Shown: positions 25,886-38,921 of the stretch, one piece after another
Layout of the letters: every line of letters starts with the position of its first letter
Position numbering within the stretch: the stretch's first letter is position 1
Assembly (NCBI RefSeq): GCF_004010195.1
Contig: NC_057725.1
Coordinates: forward strand, 71,833,004 to 71,897,003
From: Chiloscyllium plagiosum
Taxonomy: Eukaryota
Direction of reading: 5' to 3'
DNA: 64,000 nt
Notes under the pieces: generated by a model
The model's database searches: none
What the model saw: the letters and a program-made list of their open reading frames with translations, nothing else
Told to the model about the DNA's origin: nothing
Position numbers and translations under genes: made by a program

Positions 25886-28394
25886 CCCAAGGCCCTACAA
25901 TTAATCATATAAGATTTATGTCCAACACCCATGAGCACATCCTGTTCTACAACATTACCCAAGGCCCTACTATTAATTACATAAGTAACATTTCTGACAC
26001 CCCCATGTCCCTCTGTTCTACAACACTACCCAATGCATGACCATTAATTATATAAGAATAACCCCTTAGCTCATACTGTTCCACAACACTACCCAAGGCC
26101 CTAACCAATAATCATATAAGAATGATGTCCGACACCGCCGAGAACCCTCTGTTTAACAAAACTACCCAAGCCCTACCATTAATTACAATGGAATTATATC
26201 CTTCATCCCCTAGGTCCCCTTGTTGTGCAACACCACCTATGATCCTACCATTAATTACATAAGAATAACGTTCGGAACCCACCAGAGCCCCCATTCTATA
26301 CCACTACCCAAGGCACTACCATTAATTTTGTAAGAATTACGTCCTACACCCCCTAGGATACCCTGTTCTACAACACCACCCATGCCCCTACCATTAATTT
26401 TATAAGAATTATGTCCTACATCCCCTAGGTTGCTATGTTCTATAACACTACCCAGGGCCCCACCAGTAATTAAATAAGAATTGTATCCTAAACACACTAG
26501 GTCCTCTTGTCCTACAACACTACCCAAGAACCTACCATTAATTACGTGAAATATATGCCCTAGAATACCTGCGTCCCTCTGCTCTCCAACACGACCCAAG
26601 GCTCTATAATTAATTGTGTAAACATTATGTTCTACGCTCCCTTGGTCACTGTGTTCTACTAACTACTCAAGGTCTTATCAGTAATTACATAAGAATTATG
26701 TCCTACAACCCCTCGGACCCTGTGTTCTGCAACACAATCCAAGGCTCTAACATTGAATATCTCAGAATGATGTTCTACACCCCCTCGGTCCCCCTTTTCC
26801 ACAACATTACCCAAAGCCCTACCATTACATTCATTAGAATTATGTCCTTCAACCCTGTGTTCTATAACACTACCCAAGGGCCTAACATCAATACGTAATA
26901 AGTGTGTCATAAACCCCTCCAGGTCCCTCTTCTACAGCACTACCCAAGGTCCTACCATTAATTATATGAGAATTATGTGCCATACATAAACAGGTGCCAG
27001 AGTCTGTGATGTCTCGGATCATATCTTTGGGGTCCTGAAGGGAGAGGGTGACCAGCCTCAAGTCGTGGTCCAAGTAGATACCAACGACATAGGTAGAAAG
27101 AGGCATAGGGATGTAAGGCAGAATTTCAGGGAGTCAGAGTGGAAGCTGAGAGCTAGAACAAACAGAGTTGTTATCTCTGGTCTATTACCCGTACCACGTG
27201 ATAGCGAGGCAAGGAGTAGGCAGAGATATCAGCTGAACACATGGCTGCAAGTATCTTGCAGGAGGGAGGTTTTCATGAACTTGGATATTTGGTGCTCATT
27301 CTGGGGAAAGTGGAACCTGTACAAGCAGACGGTCTTCACTTGAACCATAGGGGTACTAATATCCTGGGTGGGAAATTTGCTGGTGCTATTCAGGTGGGTT
27401 TAAACTAGCTCAGCGGGGGATGGGAACGTGTGGTGTAGTTGCAGTGTACTGGAGGATGAGAGTAGGTAGGTCAGTGACAGGATTTCAGGGTCGCAGGAAT
27501 GTAATGGCAGACAGCAAGCTGGTTTGAAGAGTGTCTACTTCAACGCCAGAGCTACTTGAAATAAGTTGGTGAGTTTGCAGTATGGATAGATAACTGGGAC
27601 CTCGATGTTGTGGCAATTTCGGAGACATGGATAGAGCAGAGTGAGGAATGGATGTTACAGGTTCCAGGGCTTAGATCTTTCATTAAGAACAGGCAAGGCG
27701 GTAAAAGAGGGGGGAGTTGTGGCCTTGTTAGTCAAGGATAGTAAAGGATGGCTGAAAGAAGTTTTGACAAGGACTCGTCTATTGAGGTAGTGTGGGCTGC
27801 GGTTAGAAACAGGAGAGGAGAGGTCACACTTCTTGGAGTTTTTTATAGCCTCCACAGAGTTCCAGTGAGGTGAAAGAGAGGATTGGAAAATTATTCTGGG
27901 TAGGGGTGAAAGGAACAGGATTGTCATTATGGGGTCTTTAACTTCCTCAACGTTGATTGGAAAGGCTATAACTCTAGTACGTCGGATGGATAACTTTTGT
28001 CCAATGTGTACAGGAGGGTTTCCTCACACAGAAGGGCCGACAAGAGGGGACGTCACATTGGATCGAGGGCTTGGTAATGAACCAGGCCAGGTGTTTGATT
28101 TAGTTGTAGGTGAGCAGTTTGGAGAGTTACGTTTAGTTTAGCGATGGAAAGGGATAGGTACATGCCATAGGCCAAGAGTTATCTATGGGGTAAGGACTAT
28201 TATAATGCGATTAGGCAAGAATTCGGATGCATAGAATGGTGTACAAAATGCGGAAAATGCAGACAATGGAAATGTGGAGCTGGTTTAAGCAACCGATATT
28301 GCGTGTCCTTGGTCGGTATGTCATGTCAGGCAGGGAGGAAGTGATAAGATAAGGGAAACGTGGTTTATTAAAGAAAGTGTATCTCTTGTGGAGT

Positions 28395-30070
28395 GGAACC
28401 TGATGAGGTGTATCCAAGAACTCTATGGGAAGCTAGAGGAGTGATTGTTGGACCTCTTACTGAGATATTTGTACCATCGATAGTCGCAGGTGAGGTGACG
28501 TAAGAATGGAGGTTGGCAAACGTCGTGCCACTTTTTCGGAAGGGTGGTAAGGAAAAGCCAGGGAACTATAGACCAGTGAGCCTGACCTCGGTGGTAGGCA
28601 AGTTGTTGGAGTGAATCCTGAGGGACAGGATGTTCTTGTATTTGGAAAGGACTGATGAGGGATAGTCAATATGGCTTTCTGCGTGGGAAGTCATGTCTCA
28701 CAAACTTGGTTGAGTTTTTTGAAGAAGTAACAAAGAGGATTGATGAGGACAGANNNNNNNNNNNNNNNNNNNNNNNNNNNNNNNNNNNNNNNNNNNNNNN
28801 NNNNNNNNNNNNNNNNNNNNNNNNNNNNNNNNNNNNNNNNNNNNNNNNNNNNNNNNNNNNNNNNNNNNNNNNNNNNNNNNNNNNNNNNNNNNNNNNNNNN
28901 NNNNNNNNNNNNNNNNNNNNNNNNNNNNNNNNNNNNNNNNNNNNNNNNNNNNNNNNNNNNNNNNNNNNNNNNNNNNNNNNNNNNNNNNNNNNNNNNNNNN
29001 NNNNNNNNNNNNNNNNNNNNNNNNNNNNNNNNNNNNNNNNNNNNNNNNNNNNNNNNNNNNNNNNNNNNNNNNNNNNNNNNNNNNNNNNNNNNNNNNNNNN
29101 NNNNNNNNNNNNNNNNNNNNNNNNNNNNNNNNNNNNNNNNNNNNNNNNNNNNNNNNNNNNNNNNNNNNNNNNNNNNNNNNNNNNNNNNNNNNNNNNNNNN
29201 NNNNNNNNNNNNNNNNNNNNNNNNNNNNNNNNNNNNNNNNNNNNNNNNNNNNNNNNNNNNNNNNNNNNNNNNNNNNNNNNNNNNNNNNNNNNNNNNNNNN
29301 NNNNNNNNNNNNNNNNNNNNNNNNNNNNNNNNNNNNNNNNNNNNNNNNNNNNNNNNNNNNNNNNNNNNNNNNNNNNNNNNNNNNNNNNNNNNNNNNNNNN
29401 NNNNNNNNNNNNNNNNNNNNNNNNNNNNNNNNNNNNNNNNNNNNNNNNNNNNNNNNNNNNNNNNNNNNNNNNNNNNNNNNNNNNNNNNNNNNNNNNNNNN
29501 NNNNNNNNNNNNNNNNNNNNNNNNNNNNNNNNNNNNNNNNNNNNNNNNNNNNNNNNNNNNNNNNNNNNNNNNNNNNNNNNNNNNNNNNNNNNNNNNNNNN
29601 NNNNNNNNNNNNNNNNNNNNNNAAAGATGTTGTGAAACTTGAAATGGTTCAAAAAAGATTTATAAGGATGTTGCCAGGGTTGGAGGATTTGAGCTACAGG
29701 GAGAGTGCTGAACAGGCTGGGGCTGTTTTCTCTGGAATGTCGGAGGCTGATGGGTGATTTTGTAGCGGTTTACAAAATAATGGGGGGCATAGGTTTAGGT
29801 TGATAGAGGAAAGATATAATAGAGACCTAAGGGGCAACTTTTTCACACAGAGGGTGGTACGGGTATGGAATGAGCTCCCAGAGCAAGTGGTGGAGGCTGG
29901 TGCAATTACAACATTTAAGAAGCATTTGGATGGGTATATGATTGGGAAGGGTTTGAAGGGATATGGGCCGGGTGCTGGCAGGTGGAACTAGATTGGTTTG
30001 GATGTCTGATCGGCATAGACGGTTTGGACCGAAGGGTCTCTTTCCATGCTGTACATCTGAATGACTCTAT
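28395..30070 (+). mobile_element. 5'-truncated CR1 LINE of a different subfamily nested in the host CR1 (spans gap)
   Basis: At ~28395 the sequence jumps to GPD.VYPRTL..GNYRPVSLTSVVGK..GKSCLTNLVEFFEEVT. It ends at the tail GTACATCTGAATGACTCTAT (~30070), where the host ORF2 resumes upstream of its own GPDGIYPRIL. Whether both sides of the gap belong to one element is inferred. Confidence 0.8.
28754..29622. other. Assembly gap (N run)
   Basis: Run of n. Confidence 1.
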
Positions 30071-32010
30071 GGAAGGAGGAGGCTTATTTGTTGATTATGC
30101 AAGATGATTCAGATGAGGCGATGGAGAGTTTCAGATAAGCTAGAAAGAATTTAAAGTGAGAGTTAAGAAGAGCAAAGAGAGGATGCGAGCAGTCTTTAGC
30201 AAATAGAATAAAGGAGAACCCTAAAGCTTTTTATAGGTATGTGAGGAATAAAATGATAACTAGGGTAGGAATAGCGCCAGTCAAAGACAGAAGTGGGAAG
30301 TTGAATGTAGACCCTGTGGAGATTGGAGAGTTGCTAAACGAACATTTCTCATTGGCGTTCACTCAGGAAAAGGACAATATTGTAGTGGAGAAGAACGAGA
30401 TACGAGATACCAGACTAGAAAGAATCGAGGTTAGTTATGAACAGGTGTTATCAATTCTAGAAAGATCGAAAGTAGGCAAGTTCACTGGGCCGGATGGGAT
30501 TTATCCAAGAATTCTCTAGCAATCTAAGGAGGAGATAGCAGAGTTTTTGGGCTTTGATATTTGAGTCATCATTTTCTACAGGTTTAGTACCAGAGGACTA
30601 GAGGATAGCAAATGTTATGCCCTTGTTCAAGAAGGGCATGAGAGATGACCCAGGTAATTATAGACCAATGTGCCTTACTTATGTTTTAGGTAAGGTTTTG
30701 GAAAGGATTAGAAGGGATTTTTTTATAACCAACAAGCAAGCAACAATTCGATTTCAGATAGTCAACATAGTTTCGTCAAGGGCAGGTCGTGTCTCACAAG
30801 TATTATCGAGTTTTTTGAGAAGGTGACCAAGCATGTAGATGAGGGTAGGGCCGTTGACGAGGTATACATGGACTTCAGTAAAGCGTTTGATAAGGTTCCA
30901 CACAGTAGGCTATTGGAGGAAGTGCAAAGGCATGGGATTAAGGGTGATTTAGCAGTTTGGATTAGAAACTGGTTTTCTGAAAGAAGGCAGCAAGTGCTGG
31001 TTGACGGAAAATATTCAGCCTGGACTCTGGTTACTAGTGGTGTGCCACAAGGATCTGCTTTGGGACTGCTGCTGTTTGTCATTTTAGACGCAGGCATAGG
31101 AGTATGGATAAGTAAATTTGCAGATGACACTAAAGTGGGTGGTGCAGTGGACAGTTTGGAAGAATGTTACAGGTTGCGGGGGACTTGGATAAACTGCAGA
31201 ATTGGGCTGAGTGGTGGCAAATGGAATTCAATGTAACTAAATTTGAGGTGATGCACTTGGGACGAATAACATGAAGGCAGAGCACTGGGTCAATGGAAAG
31301 ATTCTTGGTAGTGTGTTTGTGCAGAGGGATCTTGGAGTTCATGTACATAGATCCCTGAAAGTTGCCACCCAAGTGGATAGTGCTGTTAAGAAGGCATACG
31401 GTCTGTTAGGTTTCATTCGGAGAGGGATTGAGTTCTGGAACCACAATATCATGCTGCAAATATACAAAACGCTGGTGCGGCCACACTTGGAATATTGTGT
31501 ACAGTTCTGGTCCCCATATTTCGGGAAGGATGTGAAAGCATTAGAAAAGGTGCAGAGGATATTTCCCAGGATGTTGCCTGGTCTGGAGGGAAGGTCTTAC
31601 GAGGAATGGCTGAGAGACTTGGGTCTGTTCTCATTGGAAAGAAGACATCTAAGAGGGGATTTGATAGAGACATCCAAGATGATCAGAGGATTAGACAGTG
31701 TAGACAGTGAAAGTCGTTTTTCCTAGGATGATGACATCAGATTTTACGAGAGGGCATAACTACAAATTGAGAGGTGATAGATTTGAGGCAGATGTCAGAG
31801 GCAGGTTCTTTATGCAGAGAGTGGTAAGCGCATGGAATGCCCTACCTGCTAATGAAGTCAACTCAGCCACGTTAAGGAGATTTAAGTAATCCTTAGATAA
31901 GCACATGGATGATTTTTGGGATAGTGTAGGGGGACGTGCTGAGAATAGTTCACAGGTCGGCGCAACATTGAGAGCTAAAGGGTTTGTTCTGCGCTATATT
32001 GTTCTATGTC

Positions 32011-35000
32011 AATCTTTGTCGGGTTAGAGCCCCTTGTTGTAATTGGGGTTAGAGTCCCCTGTGTTTTGTGGGGTTTGAGGCCCCTGTGTTTTTCAGGGTT
32101 AGACGCCACTTTAGTAACTGGGGTTAGAGTCCTCTGTAGTAATTAGGGTTAGAGGCCTCTATTGTAATTAGGTTTCGACTCCCCTGTAGTAATTGGGGTT
32201 AGAGTCACCTGTAGTAATTGGGGTTAGAGGCCTCTGTGTTTTCTGGGGTTAGAGGCACCTGTTTCATATGGAGTTGATGTCGCCTGTAAGTATTGGTATT
32301 TGAGGCCCTGTGTTTTGTACGGTGAGAGGCCCCTGTGCTTTGTTGTGTTAGAGGCCAGTGTAGTAATTGGGATTATAGAGTCCTGTAGTAATTGGGGTTA
32401 GAGTGGCCTGTAGTATACGGCGTTACAGGCCTCTGTAGTTATTGGGGTTAGACTCACCTGTAGTAATTGGGGTTAGAGGCCTCTGTGTTTTCTGGGGTTG
32501 GAGGCACCTGTTTTCTATGGAGTTGAAGTCGCCTATAAGTATTGGTGTTAGAGGCCCCGGTGTTTTGTGGGGTGAAAGGCCCCTGTGCTTTGTTATGTTA
32601 GAGGCCCGTGTAGTAATTGGGATTACAGGGCCCTGTAGTAATTGGAGTTAGAGGCCCATGTGTTTTGTGGAGTTCGAGGCACCTGTGTTTTGTGGAGTTA
32701 GAGGCACCTGTAGTAATTGGTGTTAGATGCCCCTGTAGTAATTCTGGTTACAGCCCCTGTGTTTTGTGGGGATAGAGGCTGCTGTTCTTTGTGGGGATTA
32801 GAGTCCCGTGTAGTAATTGGGTTTAGAGGTCCCTGTGTTTTCTGGTGTTAGAGGCCCCTGAGTTTTTTTGGAGTTAGAGGTCCCTGTAATTTGTGAGGTC
32901 AGATGCCCCGGTAGCAATTGCGTGTACAGTGCCCTGCAGTCATGGGGGTTATTGTCCCCTGTGTTTTGTGGGGTTCGAGGCCCCTGTGTTTTATGCGGTG
33001 AGAGTCTCCTGTGTCTTGTGTGGGTTGGAGGCCTATGTGTTTTGTGGGGTTAAAGGCCACTATGTTTTGTGGGGTTAGATGCCCCTGTAATAATTGAGGT
33101 TAGAGCCCCCTGTAGTAATTTGGGTTAGAGTGCCCTGTAGGACTTGGGGTTAGAGGCCTCTATAGTAATTGGGGTTAGAATCCTCTGTGTTTTGTGGGGT
33201 TTGAGACCCCGACGTAATTGGGGTTAGATTCCCCTGTAGTAATTGGGGTGAGAGTGCTCTGTAGTAATTGGGTTTAGAGGCCTCCGTATTAATTAGGGTT
33301 AGAAACCCCTGTACTTCGTGGGGTTGGATGCCTCTGTATTAATTGGTGCTAGAGTGCCCTGTAGTAATTAGGGTTAGAGTGCCATGTAGTAATTGGGGTT
33401 GAGTCCCCTGTAGTAATTGGTGTTGGAGTCCCCTGTAGTAATTGGGGTTGGAGGCCCCTGTAGTAATTGTGGTTGGACGTTCCTGTAGTAATTGGGGTTG
33501 GACGCCCTTGTAGCAATTGGGGTTAGAGGCCCCTGTCGTAATTAGGGTTAGAAGCTCCTGTATTTTGTGGGTTTAAGGGCCGCTGTGTTTTGTAGGGTTA
33601 GAGGCCCATGTGCTTTGTCGAGTTAGAGGTCCCAGTGTTTGGTGGGCTTAGAACCACTCGTTTGTAATTGAGGTTAAAGTCGTCTGTTGTAATTGGGGTT
33701 AGAGTTCCCTGTTGTAATTGGGATTAGAGTCGCCTTTTGCAATTGGGGATCGAGTGCCCTGTCATAATTGGGGTTAGACTCCCCTGTAGTAATTGGGGTT
33801 AGAGTGCCACGTAATAATTCAGGTTAAAGTGCCCTCTAGTAATTGGGGTTAGAAGCACCTGTATTTAGTGGGGTTAGAAGCGCCTGTGTTTAGTGGGGTT
33901 AGAGACCCCCGTGTTTAATGGGGTTACTGGGCCCTGTGTTTAGTGGGGTTCGTGTCTCCTGTGTCTTGTAGGGTCAGAGGCACATGTGTTTTGTGGGGTT
34001 AGAGGCCACTGTAGTAATTGGGGTTGGAGTGCCCTGTAGTAATTGGGATTAGAGGCTCCTTTTTTCTATAGGGTTCGAGGCCGCTGTAGTAATTGGTGTT
34101 ATAGGCCTCTGTGTTTTGTGGGGTTAGAGGCTGCTGTCGTTATTGTGGTTGGAGTCCCCTGTAGCAATTGAGGTGAGAGGACCCCTGTATTAACTGGGGT
34201 TAAAGGCCCTGTGTTTTGTGGCGTTAGAGTCCCATGTAGTAATTGGGGTTAGTTTGCCCTGTAGTAATTGGGGTTAGAGGCCCCTGTAGTAATTGGTGTC
34301 GGAGTCCCCTTGAGTAATTGGGGTTGCGTCCCTGTAGTAGTTGGGGTTGGAGTCCCCTGTAATAATTGGAGTTGGAGTCCCCTGTAGTAATTGCGGTTGG
34401 AGGCCCTGTAGTAATTTGGGTTGGAGGCCCTGTAGAAATTGGGGTTGGAGTCCCCTGTAGGAATGGGGGTTGGAGTCCCCAGTAGGAATGGGGGATGGAG
34501 TCCCCTGTAGTAATTGGTGTTAGAGTCCCCTGTAGTTTTGGGGTTGGAGGCCCCTGTCGTAATTGGGGTTGGTGGCCCCTGTCGTAATTAGGGTTAGAGG
34601 CGGCTGTGTTTTGTGGGTTTAAAGGCCGCTGCGTTTTGTGGGGTTAGAGGTCCATTTGCTTTTGTCGGGTTAGAGGTGCCAGTGTTTGCTGGGGTTAGAG
34701 CCCCTCTGTAGTAATTGAGGTTAAAGTCCCCTGTTGTAATTGGATTTAGAGTTCCCTGTTATAATTGAGATTCGAGTCCCCTGTTGTAATTGGAGTTAGA
34801 ATGTCCTGTTGTAATTGGGGTTAGAGTCCCCTGTATTAATTGTTAGAGTGCCCTTTGATAATTGAGGTTAGAATGCCTTGTAGTAATTAGTGTTAGAGTG
34901 CCCTGTAGTAATTAGGGTTAAAGGCGCCTTTTTTGGGGGGATAGAGGCTGCTGTGGTTTGTGGGGTTAGAGCCCCCTGTAGGAATTGGGGTTGGAGTTCC

Positions 35001-35539
35001 TTTTGTTTTGTAGGGTTAGAGTCCCCTGTGCTTTCTGGGGTTAAACGCCCCTGTGGTTATTGGTGTTAGAGGCTCCTGTGTTTAGTGCGGTTAGAGGCCT
35101 CTGTTGTAATTGGGATTAGAAGCCCTGGTCTTATATGGGTTTAGAGGCCCTGTGTTTAGTGAGGTTAGAGTGTCATGTAGTAATTGGGGTGAGAGGCCCT
35201 CCTAGTAATTGGGGCTAGAGTGCCCTGTAGTAATTGGGGTTAGAGGCCCCTCTAGAAATTGGGGTGAGAGTGCCCTGTATGAAATGGGGTTGGAGGCCCC
35301 TGTAGTAATTGGGGTTAGAGTCCCCTGTGTTTTGTGGGGATAGTGGCCGCGGTTTTCTGTAGGTTTAGAGTCCCCTGTAGTAATTGGCGATAGAGACCCC
35401 TTGCGTTTTTTTGGGGTTAGATGTCCCTGTGCTTTGTGGGGTTAGTTGTCCCAGTAGTAATAGAGGTAAGACCCCCCTGTAGTAATTGTGATCAGTGTGC
35501 CCTGTAGTAATTGGAGTTCGAGGCTCCTGGATCTTGTGG
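32011..35539. repeat. Minisatellite, 25-bp unit with two variants (GGGGTTAGAGTCCCCTGTAGTAATT and GGGGTTAGAGGCCCCTGTGTTTTGT)
   Basis: Direct reading shows ~3.5 kb of mixed units, bounded by the CR1 tail on the left and a SINE on the right. Confidence 0.95.
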
Positions 35540-35775
35540 GGCGGCACGATGGCACAGTGGTTAGAACTGTTGCCTCACAGTCCCAGGTTCGATTGCAGCC
35601 TTGGGTGACGGTCTGTGTGGAGTTTGCACATTCTCCTTGTGTCTGCGTGGGTTACCTCCGAGTGCTCTGGTTTCCTCCCACGATCCAACTATGTGCAGGT
35701 CAGGTGGATTGGCTATGTTAAATTGCCCATAGTGTGAGGTGCATCATTCAGAGGGCAATGGGTCTGGGTGGGTGA
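35540..35775 (+). mobile_element. HE1-like V-SINE (older copy)
   Basis: GCGGCACGATGGCACAGTGGTTAG (A box), GGTTCGATT (B box) and V-domain GTGGAGTTTGCACATTCTCC..GGTTTCCTCCCAC. Confidence 0.88.
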
Positions 35776-36469
35776 AGTTCAGGTTATCTCGCTACCAGTT
35801 GTCTCACTTAAAGAAATGAGTTATTGAGACATGAATAAAGCATGAGACTCGAATGCATTCCAACAACATGTCCATTTTGAAGTGTTGCACTTTTTAAAAA
35901 AGTAGGCCTTAAATTTGATTCCACTCTAATTCTATAAAAATTGTCAGTATATGTTATCCTAGAAATAATATGTGGGGTGTCTCAGAACGAGACTTTATAC
36001 TGTAACTCTATCTTTTCTATCTATGCTCCGATAAATAATTGATATATTACATTTAGGGATGTGGTTTTCAGTGGAGAGACAGCATTTACTGCCTGTCTTT
36101 AATTTCCCTTGAACTGACTGTCTCGCTCTGTCATTTCAGACAACAGTTAAGAATCTGTCACATTGACATGGCTCTGGAATCATGTAAGGAATAAAGATAG
36201 GTCTTCCCACGGAGAGAGATTATTTTATTCTAATATGTTAAGAACACGACAGTTTATTGATGCTTTGTAGCCACTATTACTAACACAGTTCCAGATGTAA
36301 CTGTGAAATTTAACACCTTGTACCTTATTCCTAATTCCCTCCTTCTCCATTAGATAGAGAGCTGAGCATCAGCCCTTTGACAGGCTAAGACTGATTGGAT
36401 TCAGTCCATTAGATGCTAATACAACAGGCCCTGTACTGTGTTGCCCTGCACTACTCACACCTACTTATA

Positions 36470-36645
36470 CTCTTCAGTCCAACTTGTCCATGCTGACCAG
36501 ATACCCTAAACCAAGCTAGTCGCATTTTCCAGTATTTGGCCCTTATCCCTCTGAATCCTATTCATTCATATACCCATCCAGATGCCTTTTAAATGTTGTA
36601 ATTGAACCAGCCTCACCACTACCTCTGGCAGATCAGTCCATACAC
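36470..36645 (-). mobile_element. CR1 3' UTR fragment
   Basis: Matches 5290-5465 (GTCCATGC..TTGGCCC.TATCCCTCT.AATCC..ATTCATA..GCCTTTTAAATGTT). Confidence 0.75.
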
Positions 36646-37069
36646 AATATAATATTGCAAGCATGTGGATTCCGTGTGTACAGCCATCTCCACTGTAAAA
36701 CTCTTGATCAGCTGCTTTCTGTTCCATCATGTCTTTATCACAATCCAGCCGTGCATCTTCGGTACAAAGTACCGAGTTTACTTAAGAACAGCTGTTTTTT
36801 CTTATTTTTTTCAGAACCCCTGACACTCCTGTTAACTTTTTTCTTTATTTTCTTTTAACACCTCCACTATCGCCTAACTGTGGTTGTGCTTATATTTTCC
36901 CCAGCATCCATTTTATATCACCATCTTTATTCTTTACTTTTACATTGAATTGTCTGATTTCACTCCAGTCTCAGGTCAGTTGATACCCTGCCTCAACGTT
37001 CTGTGACTTTTCTCTGGGATTTAAACTTTGTTGACTACCCTGCTGGACAGTTCCCTCATTTCAAAATTG

Positions 37070-37255
37070 ATGGAGAAACTCAACAGATCTGGCAACATCT
37101 GTGGGAAGAAAGCAGAAGTTAATGTATCTTCTCCAATGACCCTTCCTCAGGACAGTTCTGAACTTTGCCTTCTCTCCACAGATGCTGCCAGACCTGCTGA
37201 CGTTTTCTCCAACTATTTCTGATTCTTAGCATCCACAGTTCTTTGGCTTTTATTT
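37070..37255. mobile_element. Degraded fold-back PLE-like end (third sequence family)
   Basis: CAACAGATCTGGCAACATCTGTGG is inverted against CCACAGATGCTGCCAGACCTGCTG. The minus strand has CCTGAGGAAGGGTCA, a decayed hammerhead 5' half. Confidence 0.55.
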
Positions 37256-38016
37256 GCCTCAAACAACCTGCTGAGGGATGTTGCTACACACCTCTGGAGG
37301 AGGTGAGGTGTGAACCTGGTTGAGAGGTAGGGACACTACCACTATGCCACACCACCCCCTCTGACAGTTGGGCTTATGAAAGACACGTACCGTGTTTTTA
37401 AACTTTCACAGTGTGAGCAAACGTTTGACGGAACATCAAAGTACATTGCATTTATCTCCATTGCATTCATTAATACTCTGTGATGCGAAGGCATTGTTTA
37501 TTTTCAAGGGGACCATTTCCTGGCTGATTGGATTTCAAGTAAATTAACTTCTCAGAATGCATTGACTTTTCACACCCCATTTCAAGTTACATCTGTGTTT
37601 ATTTGGTGCAGCCAACAACAAAGGAACTGAACAGATTTCTTTTATTATAGATTTCCTCAGAGACCATAGTGACCTTTAATCTGGATTGTACATCGGTCAG
37701 GAATGGATAATGCCCAATCCACATGCCGTTTCATTTTTCCTAAGGAATTCGCTGCCTTCCACATCCAATTCTCTCTTTCACATCCAGAGATGAAAAGCAT
37801 CACAGCAGATCAAATTGGAATTATTTCCATTACATTCGGACATCTTTTATCTTATTGAGCTCATACCAACTCCAACTATCCCGGGACAGCAGTGAGCTCC
37901 AGCCCAGAATCATTCTAACTCACACATTCAAAACCCCAACCCTCAAATATGTGGACACCGTCTCTTGTACTGTGGATGGACAGAGAGGGTCAGCAGTTCA
38001 GGTGGCTGGTTTTTGA

Positions 38017-38757
38017 TGTCAGCATGGACCAGGTCAAACCCCCTCAACATATAGCAAGGAGGTGGCCTCAACCCGAACATTTATTTTATTGAAAGGCAAG
38101 TGGAAGCTGCTGCGTTCCAGATTTGAATCGACACAAACTAAACAAATGAATTGGTATCACTTTAACTCAATCAAAAGGCTTAACAAAAAATGCATATCAT
38201 TTAACTGCCAGTCATCAACAGCTCCAACATAACGACATCCAGAACACGCCTTTGGCAAAGACAAATTCAGCAAAACCGATTTTCCTTACTTGCTATCCTC
38301 TCCAGTCACGGAAGCATTCAGTATATTGTTGCTGGTTTCTCAATGTATCTGTTCATGATGTCCAAAATCAGATGTTTGCCAACTGCTCAGGCAAGTAGTT
38401 TCGCCACTCTGAAGGATGTGTGGATGTTAGATCTCACTTCTCTTGGCCCATTGTGGTCGTTTGATGATGGGCTGGTGGGTTACCTGACAGCCTGTTGTGG
38501 TGGATTGCTGCCTCTGCACCTCCAGTTGTGGCATCAATGATAGATTTTATAATTACTCGAGATCTGAATAACAGTGGTCCAGGTTAGATCCTTAGAGTTT
38601 CTTCAGTTCAGAAAGCAATATATCCAAGGGGTGCGGCTTTCTGTTCTTAAGACTTTTCTTTTCTACCCAAAGAAGACACATCAAAAACAAGACAGTAAAT
38701 TAGCCAGCTGTGATCTCTCTTTGTGGTTATCCTCTATTAACTCAGATATCGCCAACA
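38017..38757. mobile_element. Probable solo LTR, loosely similar to 57195-57832
   Basis: TGTC..ATGGACCAGG.CAAACC start and TTCCAGAT.TGA segment shared with 57198-57310. Ends in CA. Boundaries uncertain. Confidence 0.4.
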
Positions 38758-38921
38758 CAGCTTTTTTTTGGTTGCAATTCCAAATTAACACTCCTGAGAC
38801 TTTATTGCCATTATTGTGACTCGGCTCTCTGCCAGAAGGTAGGGTCAGATCATAGTTCCTGCCATTGGAATATGACAAACGGAGCATCAATCCGATTCAG
38901 CCCACAGTGAACAGACACTCC

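Larger units (their letters stand above)
14035..26990. repeat. Large tandem satellite, 72-bp unit (GCCCTACCATTAATTATATAAGAATTATGTCCTACACCCCCTAGGTCCCTCTGTTCTACAACACTACCCAAG)
   Basis: GCCCT unit starts at 15371 and 15443, a period of 72. The array continues for ~13 kb with many insertions. The 24-aa repeating ORFs here are a by-product of a unit length divisible by 3. Confidence 0.97.
26992..32010 (+). mobile_element. Long CR1 LINE (ORF1 esterase part, ORF2 APE-RT, 3' UTR), degraded, containing a nested CR1
   Basis: ORF1 reads ..VVVQVDTNDIGRK..RVVISGLLPVPR (SGNH esterase-type). ORF2 start reads LKSVYFNAR at ~27520. RT motifs YMDFSKAFDKVPH, SGVPQGS.LG and SKFADDTK, then VRPHLEYCVQFWSP. The 3' tail is ..GTTCTGCGCTATATTGTTCTATG. 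Confidence 0.95.

Noticed and set aside
14035..26990. Many 60-130 aa ORFs with repeating 'NTTQGPTINYIRIMSY' peptides
   Set aside because: These are translations of a 72-bp satellite. Frequent stops and frameshifts, ORFs on both strands and no splice structure.
28655..29652. 300-328 aa ORFs
   Set aside because: They consist almost entirely of the N gap.
32011..35539. Interstitial telomeric repeat
   Set aside because: No tandem (TTAGGG)n. GGGTTAG occurs only once per 25-bp unit.
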